The position numbers and the translations under genes were made by a program. Positions 39,276-53,861 of a stretch of DNA of 64,000 nucleotides are shown one piece after another (within the stretch, counting starts at the first letter, position 1; each line of letters begins with the position of its first letter). Origin of the DNA: Calcarisporiella thermophila CBS 279.70 (Eukaryota; Fungi; Calcarisporiellomycota); contig NW_027192217.1 of NCBI RefSeq assembly GCF_041956535.1, forward strand, positions 54,196-118,195, read 5' to 3'. The notes beneath the pieces are model-generated. The model was not told the DNA's origin and ran no database searches. It worked only from the letters and a program-made list of their open reading frames with translations.

Positions 39276-40926
39276 AATTACGTGAAGTATTATCGCAGTT
39301 AATATCGAGTAGAAAAACAATTGAAAAAGAAATAAAAAAAAACAAAGGATCAGAGGTGGGGGGCTGCATTCATTAAATAGCGACAGGAGCTTTTATGTAA
39401 CCAAGTGACTAGGTCAATTCTCTCAGGGTTTCGGAAAGCTGGACTGAAAACGTGCAGATCCAAGAACATTTACAAGCCCTATCCTCATTTTACAAACAAA
39501 GTTCACGTGAGTGGCATCATGTAAATAAGCTTGATCGATTTGCATAGAAGAAGCTAATGCCGGGTGAAACCAATGATGTTTCTAGACTTAGAGAGGGCAC
39601 TAATATATGCGCAGCACTTATCCTTACCCCTTTTAGAACCTATCAACTCACCTCTCGTTACTCCAACCTTACACGGTTGAGGAGAGTTTCTGATTCATCG
39701 TCTTCTTTCCCCTCTTTAAGGAATCATTGTGGAGCTTCATGCGTGGCTCTGCGCCTGAAAACCTCGCAAGAGCCATTCTTCCTAACCTACTGTACCATGC
39801 CCCATTTCAACCGCTGTAATAAATGGAATTGTTTGTGAAGCGTTACAACCTTGTGGCGAGAGCATAGTTCGGCAAGGGCATAGGCTGTAACGGAGGTATT
39901 TTACGTCAGGTTGCAATGTTTTCATGTCTTTCTCTTTCAACAGATGAATACATCCTCCATAGTAAGGTAAAGAATTTTAGTTTTAGCTCCATACGTTTGC
40001 ATTAAAGTACAAATGCTCTAACTGAAACGATAGTTTTCTTCATATACTAGCCTGAATTTGCATTCTCACAATCGGTCTTTAAGAAATGTGGCTATGGAAA
40101 TAGTGCCGAATTTCGTCCCTTTTTTATCCAATCCAAAGCTGGCCCGACGTCCTACAATATTAGGACATGGAGAAGTGATATGAAGAAGTCAAAAGGGAGC
40201 CTCGTGGGAAACCCTTTCTCTATACAGCTGTAAAAGCACGAGGTTTATTGATACACCAACTTTTAACTAAGCCTTATCCCAGCTCGAGACCCAAATAATA
40301 TGCTTAATAGTTATTCCTATTTTTATTTCAGAAAATGCGGCATATTTGTACCGAGGAGAATACCAGATGGTATGAGGAAAATTGTTCAGTCGAGTCTATG
40401 CTAAAAGCTTTGTACCCATGATCTTTAGCATATATAGATTTATATCCTTAGATATTGAAGAATAAAGAGAAATGGTCCTCGTTACAGACAAGCGGCCTTG
40501 TAGCTGCTTTCCTCCAGGGTGGCCATTTTTAAAGAGCTTCACATCTACTTAAGCAATTATGTGGTATTGTGTATGGATTTTGGGTAAATTGATTAATTAT
40601 CATGATCGAGCTAACAAAGTCGTGTTATATCCCACACGGTGAATCCTAGTGCAGGCTATGAAGTACTGCTAGAGTTTGTGATGGCAAGTTGCGAGTTGTA
40701 TATATATATGCACTTCAAACACCACTTTTTTAGGCTCGCAAACTGCAGTAAAAATGGGAAACGACCTGGTGACAATTTTTTGACGCCTCCAATATATGGC
40801 GTATTTTTAACAGAGTTCTGAAAAATCTCTGAAACTCCATTACTTTTCCACTCGAGTCAAATTTGTGAATTCGCGACTGATTTTTTCCTTTTGCAAGAGG
40901 AAAAAAAAACCAGAGATATTTATTTC

Positions 40927-43900
40927 ATGGCTACTAACAAGCCTCTACCTCAGCCGAACGACATCAACGGTACATGGGAATTCTTGCAAGAGGGGATCGA
41001 TCAGATCCTTAATCGGCTGGACGAAGGCCTGAGCTACGATCGCTACATGGCTCTCTACACGTAGGAGATCGGTGGTTAAAATATAATCCCTAATGAACTC
41101 TAAGTAGTCTCATAATTTTTTTAGTGCCATCTACAACTACTGTACTAGCGGGAGATCAAGCTCTTCATACAGCGTAGAACCTCTATCAAGTAGCGGTCCT
41201 CAAAGAAGTAATCTATTTTCAATTAATTTTCTGAGATAGAAAAAAAAAAATCATTCTTATCACTTGCATTCCAGCCGGTGCAAATCTCATGGGCGCTGAT
41301 CTATACAAACATCTCTCAAATTACTTACAAAAGCACATGGAATTGATCCGCAAGGTATAGATTTATATCACGTTTAAACTTAAGACCAATTTCTCATGGA
41401 GGTATATTTGTTAAAGGAATCGGAGAGCTACATGGATGAGTCACTGTTACAGTTTTACGCAAAGCAATGGATCCGATACACTACAGCATCTGGGTTCGTT
41501 CACCACGTATTCCGTTATTTGAATCGTCACTGGATTAAGAGAGGAATTGAAGAAGGGCATAAGCATGTCTTTGAAGTTTACACGGTAAGTTTTAATGTCA
41601 AATGGGGTTGAGATCTCTCTGACGTGCGGTATGCAATTTTTTCATGGCTACTAGCTTTCTTTGGTGAGCTGGAGGGACAATCTTTTTATGCCGGTTCATC
41701 ACAATGTAATGGCAGCTGTGCTAAAATTGGTTGAGCGGCAACGTAATGGTGAATCTATCGAGACAAGTCTTATCAAGAGTGTGGTTGATTCCTTTGGTAA
41801 TAACGATAGTTTAAATGATGATTCTTGCCGCGTTAATCACTCTACTCTATTTTTAAAATAGTTGCCCTGGGTTTGGACGATACTGATGCCACCAAATCAA
41901 CTCTTGAAATATATCAAAAGCATTTTGAGAAGCCCTTCATCGATGCCACTGAGCTTTATTATAAGGCCGAGTCTGAAAAATTCGTGAGCGAAAATAGCGT
42001 ACCAGATTATTTAAAAAAGGTGCATTCCCCATTTTTTTGAATTTGCTTGAAAGTCCGATGATAACCATTTCTTCAGGTCGAAGCACGTTTAGCTGAGGAG
42101 GAGAGTAGGGTGCAAATGTATCTTCACCAAAGCACACACAAGCCTGTAAGTGGCCGCAATTAACTCTACTAGTGAATATTCTTATTTATGGACATGCATT
42201 GATTTCTAATTTTATATAATAGCTTATGACCAATTGTGAAACGGTTTTAATCAAGAATCATACCGACGTGATTTGGGATGAGTTCCAGAGCCTTTTGGAT
42301 TTTGATAAGCAAGACGGTAATTTCATTTGGTTAGCTATTAATATGTTGGAGCTACATATGAATACGTATATTTTATATGTTAGATCTCCATCGTATGTAT
42401 ATGCTTTTGGCACGAATTCCAGAAGGATTAGATCCTCTGCGCGTCCGCTTTGAGGCTCACGTCAGACGAGCGGGGTTGGCCTCTTCCGAGAAAATTGCCG
42501 ATGAAAGTGGTGAACAAATGGTAAAGATGGTTTATTAATGATCACGAGAAAGATCGAAATTCATTCTAATGCATCCACTTAAAGGACCCGAAGATGTATG
42601 TTGATGCACTGCTTGAAGTACACAAAAAGTACAACGAGCTTGTCCAAACGGCCTTCTGTGGAGATGCAGGTTTTGTAGCCGCCCTTGATAAGGCATGTCG
42701 TGAGTTTGTCAATCGCAACAAAGTATGCAAGGATTCTAGCTCGAGATCACCCGAGCTACTTGCACGGTACTGTGACTCACTTCTCCGGAAGAGTTCCAAG
42801 ACTACTGAAGAAGGGGATTTGGAGGATTTGCTGAACAGCATAGTAAGTTCACAGCCCATTTTTTTTTTGGGGGGGGGGAGGGGAGGGAACTATGGGTGTG
42901 TCATTGGTGCTAATTTTTTGCCACAACAGATGACCGTATTCAAGTATGTCGAGGACAAGGATGTATTCCAGAAATTCTATAGCAAAATGTTGGCAAAACG
43001 ATTAGTGAATGGTACTTCAGCGTCGGACGATGCGGAGGCAAATATGATTTCAAAGTTAAAGGTTAGTGTTAATTTATAGTTAATGCTAGCGTACGCCCCC
43101 GTCATGCATAAGGGTCCTTATTGGTAGGAAGCGTGTGGTTATGATTATACTTCGAAGTTGCAGCGGATGTTTAATGATATGGCGCTTAGTAAGGAGTTAA
43201 ATGATCAGTTTAGAGAGCAAATGCAACACACTCATGATCCCAGCGAGATAAACGGTAGAGTTCTAATCGCTTCGATTTAGCTGGTTTTAATTAATAATCT
43301 TGTTCATGGACCTTGCCTTTGTAGTTGATTTCTATATCCATGTTCTTGGAACTTCCTCTTGGCCGCTCAATCCTCCATCAACTCCTTTCAATATCCCTGA
43401 AGATGTAATGAAGACCCAAAAATTGGGAAGCTGAAGCATTGCAAAACTCACCGGGCTGTTTTGTTTCCGATGTGATAGGTTGTCAAGACGTATGATCGTT
43501 TCCAGAAATTCTACCAAAATAAACACTCCGGTCGCAAGTTAAACTGGCTCTTCCATCTCTGCAAGGCCGAGCTGAAGACGAATTACCTTAAATCCGCAAA
43601 AACAAACTATACATTCCAGGTGTCGTTCTACCAGATGGGGATCCTCCTACAATATAATACAAGCGACTCCTACACGCTGAAGGAGCTTGCCGTCGCCACA
43701 GGGCTTCAGCCCGAAGTGCTGTCCGGGCAGCTGGGGATTCTCTGTCGCGCCCGAGTCCTCCTCCAGGACGACAGCGAGGGAGAGTCCGAGAAGTATGAGC
43801 TCAATTTCGATTTCAAGAGCAAGAAGATTAAGGTCAACCTTAACTTGCCGGTGAAATCCGAAGTGAAAGTAGAGACGGACGAAACACATAAGACAATAGA

Positions 43901-44222
43901 GGAGGACCGGAAATTATTAATGCAGGTAAATTTGATGGGTTTACATTCTAGGGAATTATCCAGCAGTTTATTAACTCGGTTTCTTCTCCTTCTCCTTCTC
44001 CTTCTCCCCCTTATCTCGCCTCTCTAGGCTGCTATTGTGCGCATCATGAAGACGCGAAAGCTAATGAAACATGTAGCACTAATGAACGAGGTCATTGCAC
44101 AGTTGCAGTCGCGGTTTAAGCCACGAGTCCAGGACATTAAAAAGTGCATCGATGTATTATTGGAAAAGGAGTACATTGAACGCGTTCCAGATCAAAAGGA
44201 TATGCTGAGCTATGTTGCGTAG
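40927..44222 (+). CDS. CUL1: Cullin-1 (Cdc53), about 14 introns
   Basis: [43 protein letters not shown], neddylation region [23 protein letters not shown]. Confidence 0.95.
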
Positions 44223-44450
44223 AAAGTTGTGTTTGAGAGGGGAAGCTATATCACTAATAAATCAAATAAAAATGCATTTTTTCTCTTCAACTCGATCCAC
44301 TGCTGCGCCGCTCATTGCCAATTTTTCCTGTGCACCCTCGCATTTTTTTTTATTCATTTTCATACTATATTTGACAGAACCTCTATTCTTTATCCTTTTT
44401 TTATTTTACAGTAGCAATTAATCATCTCATTTTAATTTATATCAATTCTA

Positions 44451-46925
<2,475 letters not shown>

Positions 46926-48045
46926 CCATGCTCCCTTTTCCCCACTTCCCTCGACTTCCTCTCCTTTCCCCGCTGCCCTAGTCGTGCTCCCATTAGACAT
47001 TCGATTCCAAACCATCCTTATTCTACCCTATTACTATATCTTTTCTGATCTGATGCGTATGTTCTTTTGCCACATTATACATTATTTTCTTGGAGTGTGT
47101 TTTTTTTCCTCTCTCTTTCCCCCCCTCAAAATTCAATCAATTAGTTCAACCTTCAACTTCAAGTCCAATCATTAGTGTGGGAGAAACGAAGCTATTTTCA
47201 ACACTATTTATTTTTTTTCTTTTCTTTTGTATCTCTAACAGAAAACAAGAAGGCTCCACAGGAATACAGGCAGTAAAGGGGCGCAGACAAGCCAGATAGT
47301 AAGAAAAAGAAAGAGCGGCAAATATAAAGAAAAGAAGGTCAATGTAAAAATTAAAAGCAAGAACGAATGAAGCAAGGGTTAAGGGAGGGGCAACCCTGAG
47401 TAGACGAAAAAAAGAATTAGACAACACTTCAATTATTAGCGACGCATGGGTCCGTAAAAGGGAAACACTATCAAGACGTGGGAACACGCAACAACACGAA
47501 CGAGTATACAACAAGAAATTAATCAAGAAACGGAAACATTTTAAGCTAGGCTGACGCGGACAACCAGAGAAAGGGTTCATATACACGTGAGCATCGCACT
47601 CATAGAGGGGGAAATACTAAAAGGCATAAAAGAAGTAACCGGTATTCATAATAAAAAGCAAAAAAGAAAAAGAAAAAAACTCAAATTAAATAGTATAAAT
47701 AGGGAACATTTTTCTCCCCTTCATCCTGATCCCTATGGGTGCACCTCGCTTGCCTCTATTAGAAATAGCAAAATGGAAGCAATAAAAAATAAATATAGAT
47801 ATAGAATTAAGTTAAAAAAAATTGGGATGTAGAGAGGGGGGGGAGGAGAGGAAGAAGGAGAGGGAAGTAAAACCGGCTTTTTTATTGAAAAGGAACCGTT
47901 TTTTGCCACGCTCCCTCGCCCCCTCTCTCTCCTCTCTCCTCTCTCCTCAAGCAACTAAAAAATCCAAGAATAAATAATAAAAAAGTCATCAGAGAAAACT
48001 ATAAAAAATAGGGGGTGTAAGGAGGAATCAGCCGAGGAGAGGCCT

Positions 48046-51000
48046 TCAGGGGGTGGGGTTCGCAGCCGGGGGCGGCGGCGCGGTGACCTGGAGTCCGGCG
48101 GGAAGCGTGACGTCCAGCTTGAGGGTCTTGAAGGCGTTGGAGAGCCACTCGACAGGACCCTGGGGGCCCACGACGGCGGTGCCGATGACGCCGAGCGGGG
48201 TATCGATGCCATGGAGGTAGTTGTTGAACATCTCCTCGACCGCCTTCATGGCGTCGGAGCCCTGGGCCTGCGGGATGATGCGGCCCTCGAGGGTGACCTG
48301 GTTGACGGCGTTACCGTCGATGAGCTGGTTGTTGGCGGCGACCTCGGCGACCTTGAAGCCCTTGAAGGTGTTGTCGAACTGCACCTGCTGCACCTGCAAG
48401 CCCACGTTGCTGGGGTTGGTGAGGGAGGTGGTGATGACGGCGTGGATGCCGCCGGCGGGGTCGTCGGAGGGCAGGTCGAACTTGACGATCTTGACGGCGT
48501 CCTTGAGGCCGTTCATGCCCTTGAGTGAGACCTTTTTCAGCATCTTGACGCCAGTGAAGGGGAAGCCGAGCGCGGTGACGGAGGCGTTGTTGCCCTGGAC
48601 ATCCCACTCGAAGCCCTCGCTGTGGATCAGGGTCTTGGTGAGCTCGGAGTTGTAGGCGGCGTCGGGGATCTGGGCGTCGGCGACGAGGTCGAGGATCGCG
48701 CCCTGGGTCTCTGCGGAGGCCTGGATGGCGGGCATGGTGGTGAGGGCGATGGGCTTACCCTGCCACAGGATGCTGACGGGCTCCAGGAACTCGATCTTGG
48801 CGTTGAAGGGGCCGGTGTTGGTGATGGCGCCCTGCATCTTGGCCTTGAAGGCGGTGTTGGTGGGCTCCATGATGGTGACCTTGTCGAGCTTGAGGCTGGC
48901 CCCGTCGACGATCTTCTGCACGATCGGGCCGCCGACCACGGGGATGAGGCGGAGGATGGTGTCGTCGGTCTTGGCGTCGACGTCCTGCTTCATCTTGATG
49001 GTGAACGTGTACTCGCCGACGGCGACCTGGGCCTCCATGTCCATGGTGGTCTTGAGGGTGCCGATGGCCTGCTTCGTGAAGTCGACGATGTTGAAGTTGT
49101 CGAACTGGCCGCGCTTGACGAGCTCGCGGCGACGGCGCTCAAACAGGCCGCCAAGGAAGCTGCGGCGGGTGGGCGGCTTGGGCTTGGGGTTCTCCTTGTC
49201 GATCTTGATGCCGCCCATCTCGGCGAGGGCGTCGATGGCGGACACGTCCATGCCCTTGGCCAGCGCGTTCTGGCGCAGGATGAGGATGATGTTGGTCGGC
49301 TCGAGGTTCATCTTGAGGGGGAGTGGGGGCGACGTGGTCACGCTCTTGCCCTTGAGCACGAGCGGGTTGGCGCCGAGGTCGTAGTCGAGGGTGGCGACGG
49401 GCACCTCGAGGTTGGTGACGCTGGCCTTGATGTGGGTGATGCGGAGGTCGGCGGTGAAGGGGTTGGACATGTTCACGATGCCGCCCGCGATGCTCGTCTG
49501 GGGGGTGTCGGGCAGGATCTGGACGAGCGCCGACTGGACCAGCTTCGACTGCAGGCCGGGCATCTCGGTGGTGAGGTCGATCTGGGACAGGCCCTTGTTG
49601 AGCGACTTGACCTCGGTCGAGGGCTTGTCCTTGTAGCCGAAGATGCTGACGGTGTTGGGCTGCCCGGACAGGAACTTCTGCAGCAGCTCGGTGCCGGCCT
49701 CGTCGCGCTTGGGGTCGAAGAGCGAGCGCGCCTTGACGAGGTTCGAGCCGAGGTTGAGGGTGAGGTTGGGCATGATCACGCTGCCGAGCTCGGTGTCCTT
49801 GTACTTGAGGCCGAGGGTGACATCGCTGGCCAGGCTGAGCGCCACGCTACTGGGGTTGGAGGTCTCGGTGTCGATGATCATGTTGAGGCCCTCCTTCTGG
49901 CCGCCGACCACGTCCACCTGCTTGATGGCGGGGGGCGGGCTCTTCAGGCCCTGGAGGCCCTTGAGGGTGATGGTGGAGTCGAAGGGCAGGTCGGTGAGGG
50001 TCACGACGCCGATGGGGGTGGTGGCCTCGCCGGTGGCGGAGCCGTTGAGGAAGACCTCGCTGGCCTCCTTGAGGGTGAGGTCGGCGGCGAACTGGTCGAA
50101 GTCGGCCTCGCGGCCCTTGGTCACCTCCATGGGGGAGCCGCTGAGGGTGAGGAGCAGGCGGCCCGTCGAGTTGTCCTTGGCGACGGGGGCCCAGTCGGTG
50201 GAGAGGGAGGCGAGCGGCCCGTCCTTTTCCTTGCCCTTGGGCGAGATGGTGATCTTTTGCTTGACGCGGTTGATCGTGAGGTTGAACTGGAACGGGATCT
50301 TGAGCTCGGCGGACACGTCGTTCGACGACGTGACGGGGGCGTAGGGGGTGCCGGGGGTGAAGGCCAGGTTCATCGAGCCGATGCGCACGTCCTGGATGAC
50401 CTTGAGCGGGGGCACCTGCAGCTTGGCCTTGAGGGTGAGGGCCTCCAGGCCGTTCTGCAGCCACTGGACGCGGTCCGACTTGACGGAGGGGTCGGCGGTG
50501 GCGTCCACGGACACGGCACGGCCGCCGACGAACGCGCTGAAGAGGGTGGAGATGTCGGCGAGCTCCTTGGGGTCGGAGTGGGGGACGAGGCGGCCGGTCA
50601 TGTCGACGGTGTTCTCGCCGGGGCTGAGGGTCAGGTTCTTGACCAGGGCCGGGCCCAGCTGCACGTTGCCGTAGCTGGTCTTCAGGGCGACGTCGCCCAG
50701 AGGCACCCCGAACGGCGAGTCGTTTTTGATCTTGGCGCGGAGCCTCATCTGGATACCGCCCTGCGGGTCATCGGCGGGCAGGTCGAACATCTCGATCACC
50801 GTGTCGGGGAGCCCGTTCATGCCTATTTCGGTCACGAGGAGAGAGGAGGGTTAGCGCGGGAGGGGGGGGAGGGCCGGGGTTAGCTCGACTCACTTACCCT
50901 TCACCTCGATGTCCTTCTCCACCGAGAGGTTGGGGGCCTCGCGGCCAAGGGCATAAATGGTGGCCTTTGACGACAAGTGCCACGTGAACTTATCCTGCAC

Positions 51001-51581
51001 AATGATCACCTTTGCGAAATCCGCCCACGCTTGCTGGTCCAGGATCTGGAAGTTGGTGAGGGCGTTGAGGGTGCCGCCACCGCCGTGGACCTCGGCCTTG
51101 GGGAGATCCATCCGCCCCAGCACGCGATTCTGCCAGGACACCTCCACGGGTTGGTTGAATTCGAGGGTGGCCGAGAAGGGTCCTGTCATAGCACAGAGTG
51201 AGCAATGGGGATTGGAGTGGCCCAAATTGTGGCTGGTGTTTTACCTGTTCCGGAAAGATAAGACTCGAGGTTGAGGCCGACCTGCTTGTCGCTGGCGCTT
51301 GTGATCAGGGCCTGCTTGACCTCCAGGCCGGACACATTGACGATGTGCTGGGCAATCATGGGGAAGAAGACGATCAGGATGAGGGGGACAAAGATGATGA
51401 TGAGGGCCGCGACGATGACGGCGGAAATGATCCAGAACCATCGCTTGCGGTAGAAGGGCTGTTTGAACACCTGCTTTTCTTGCTGCTCGGAGTCGTAGTT
51501 GATCTCGGACACGTAGTTGTCCTCCTCCTCGGGGAGGTTGGCGTTCGACTCGCTGGTCTCGGGTTTGCGGCGGAAAAACAT
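48046..51581 (-). CDS. Type II membrane protein with repeated DUF3712-like beta domains (3 exons)
   Basis: Single TM (WFWIISAVIVAALIIIFVPL) followed by repeated FDLP.DDP.GGI / NPS / LG.V..NLTL.PG.N units typical of fungal DUF3712 proteins. Confidence 0.75.
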
Positions 51582-53861
51582 TATGCGGGTGGTATTATTA
51601 CTATTATTACTACTACTACTACTACTATTCTTATGATTAGGGAGGGGAGGTTGGGATTACTACTGGTGGAGTATTAGTGGATGGATGGAGAGCGATGCGG
51701 CAGTGCTCTGCTGAGAATGAAGCTACGGAGAAAGCGCGGGGCAGGGCAGACAGCGTCCCCCTATTCTTCACAGGCAAGGGCTTAGTTAAGCGGCGGGGAT
51801 TCTCTTGCGCGAGGATCGGGGCCTTGAGGAATGGGAATGCTGGCGGTATGGAATGCGGAGATCGCTTGCGGTTTCAACGCTGGGCGGGACAGATACTCAT
51901 TAACGAGCCGGGCGGGAGCGTGGGGAGGGGGGGAGCGCCGGGTCGCGGGCGAGAAAGGAACGGGGGAGAGAAGACGGGGGAGGAGAGGCAGAGAAAAGGG
52001 AAAGGAGAGGAAAAGAGAGTTGGGGGCGCGAGCGGGGCAGCAATAAATTCGCTTCTGCCCGGGCAATATACTTCAAAAGCGTAATTCTCTGTTCTATCTC
52101 GGGAGCGCGCATTCGCTCCAGCGTCGTGCATGTACGCTTCCGATTCTCTGCAACCGCGTGTGAAACCCCCCACACGGAGTTCGATTCGCCCTCTGATTAT
52201 TACCGGTAAAATTCACAGGAAAACCGCCGTTGCAACTCCGCGCCCGCTCCCGTTGGCTGCGCGCCCTGCTGCTTTTGGAACACGGTGCCACCGTGTTTAT
52301 TTGCAATTTACCGCGGAGGCCGTGTCACGGGCTCCTAAGCACCAGGCTTCTCGAAAGCCCCGAGGCCTCGCGAGCGCGCCGGCTCAGGCCCTTGCGCCCG
52401 CCCGCCCCACGGCCGCATTAAGGTTCCGGGCGCAACTCTATGCCTGATCCCCTGCGCGCTTGGCCTATTTTTAGCGGCTGCGGCCTCGTCGGCTGCGCTT
52501 CTGCGAGCCCTGCTTCTGATTCCCCCCGCAAGCTAGCTTTCATTTGCAAGGGCGCGCAACGTTAAGGTTGGCGAGAGGAGAGGAGCGCGTTGCAGAAACG
52601 GGAAAAGCTCCCCATGACGCTGCATCCAATCTTGATAACAAACTTAATCTAAGCATATGAAAATAGCCCCTGCTGATGGCTCTGTGTCCTGAAAGCTGCC
52701 CGGCCGCCTCCTGCTCCCCACGCCCTCTCCCCTGCGCCTCAGCTGCGCCGCGGGGCTTCCCCGCACGCCCCGAGGACGGCGCGCGGCGTCGCTCGCCACG
52801 GCGAAGCTTGCCTGGCCCCGTGGGCCGCTGCTCCTCGCGGAGGCAGCCTTGGATGCCTGTGCGTGCCCGAAGCCAGGATGGCTGTGTTCCAATCCTGATA
52901 GAGGTGGTGTCAATATTTTATGCTTTGCTTGTGCCATAAAAGCATATTTTCGCCACTCATGCTCATTGATGTGGAGCGTGGAATCCGCCCCTCCCTCCTC
53001 CTCCTCCTCCTCCCCTTCCCCCTCGAATTGCATTCCTACCGCGGTATTGCCCCCGCCGCAGCTCCCGCCTCTTTCTTTCTCTCGTGAATATTACGGCCGC
53101 CATCGAGCGTTTATCTCTCCTACTTTCTCCGCATTTCCGCATCTCTGCCACTGCCCCGTCCCATAAACCTAGCCAAACTAGGCCCATGGCTGCGTGCGAT
53201 CTGTGCCCGCCAATGGTCGGCGCAAAGCACTTTTGCTACGGGCGGAGGCACGAGGTGTGTGGAGAAATAGACTCTTGCCGTACTCTCCCTCGCGGGGCAA
53301 GGATTGGGCGTTCTGCCAGTCTCTTTTGGTTTTTTGCCGGTGAAAAAACGGCGTTGTAGTTGGCATGGGAAGCGGCGCGGCCCCTCCCCCCCCCCTTGCG
53401 TGCAGGCATGGGCTCAAACGGGCCAAGGTTCGGCCTGAAACGAGCCATTACGCTCAGGGCAATAGTTAAATCGGGCGGGCGATGAACTTTTGCGGGGAAA
53501 CTTTTAAGGCCTAGTGCCCGCCGTGCGGGGCATCGATATGAAAAAGGTTTAAAAATAAGCGGAGGCGGGGAGATTATATTAGCGAGTACTCAAGGTTACA
53601 AATTACTAAACGAATTAGACCGTCTGAAACCCCGTTATCCTGCCAATACGGCGTGCTTTGCCCGGAGTGCCAAATAGAGCTCGAGAAGAGGCGCCATTGG
53701 AGAAAAAATGTCGATTCCAAAAAAATATGGTCAATTTTTAATTAATTAAATGAAAAAATTTGGCTGTGTCATATGAGGGGGAAAAAGGGCGAGAAAAAGA
53801 AATAGAATAACATATCAAAAGAAACTTGAAAGGGCAATGGCAGAGGGGGGTGGCGGTGCGA

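Noticed and set aside
48622-50883. 753-aa plus-strand ORF and many other antisense ORFs (17206-18009, 22397-22924 and similar)
   Set aside because: Shadow frames of high-GC3 genes with no recognisable motifs.
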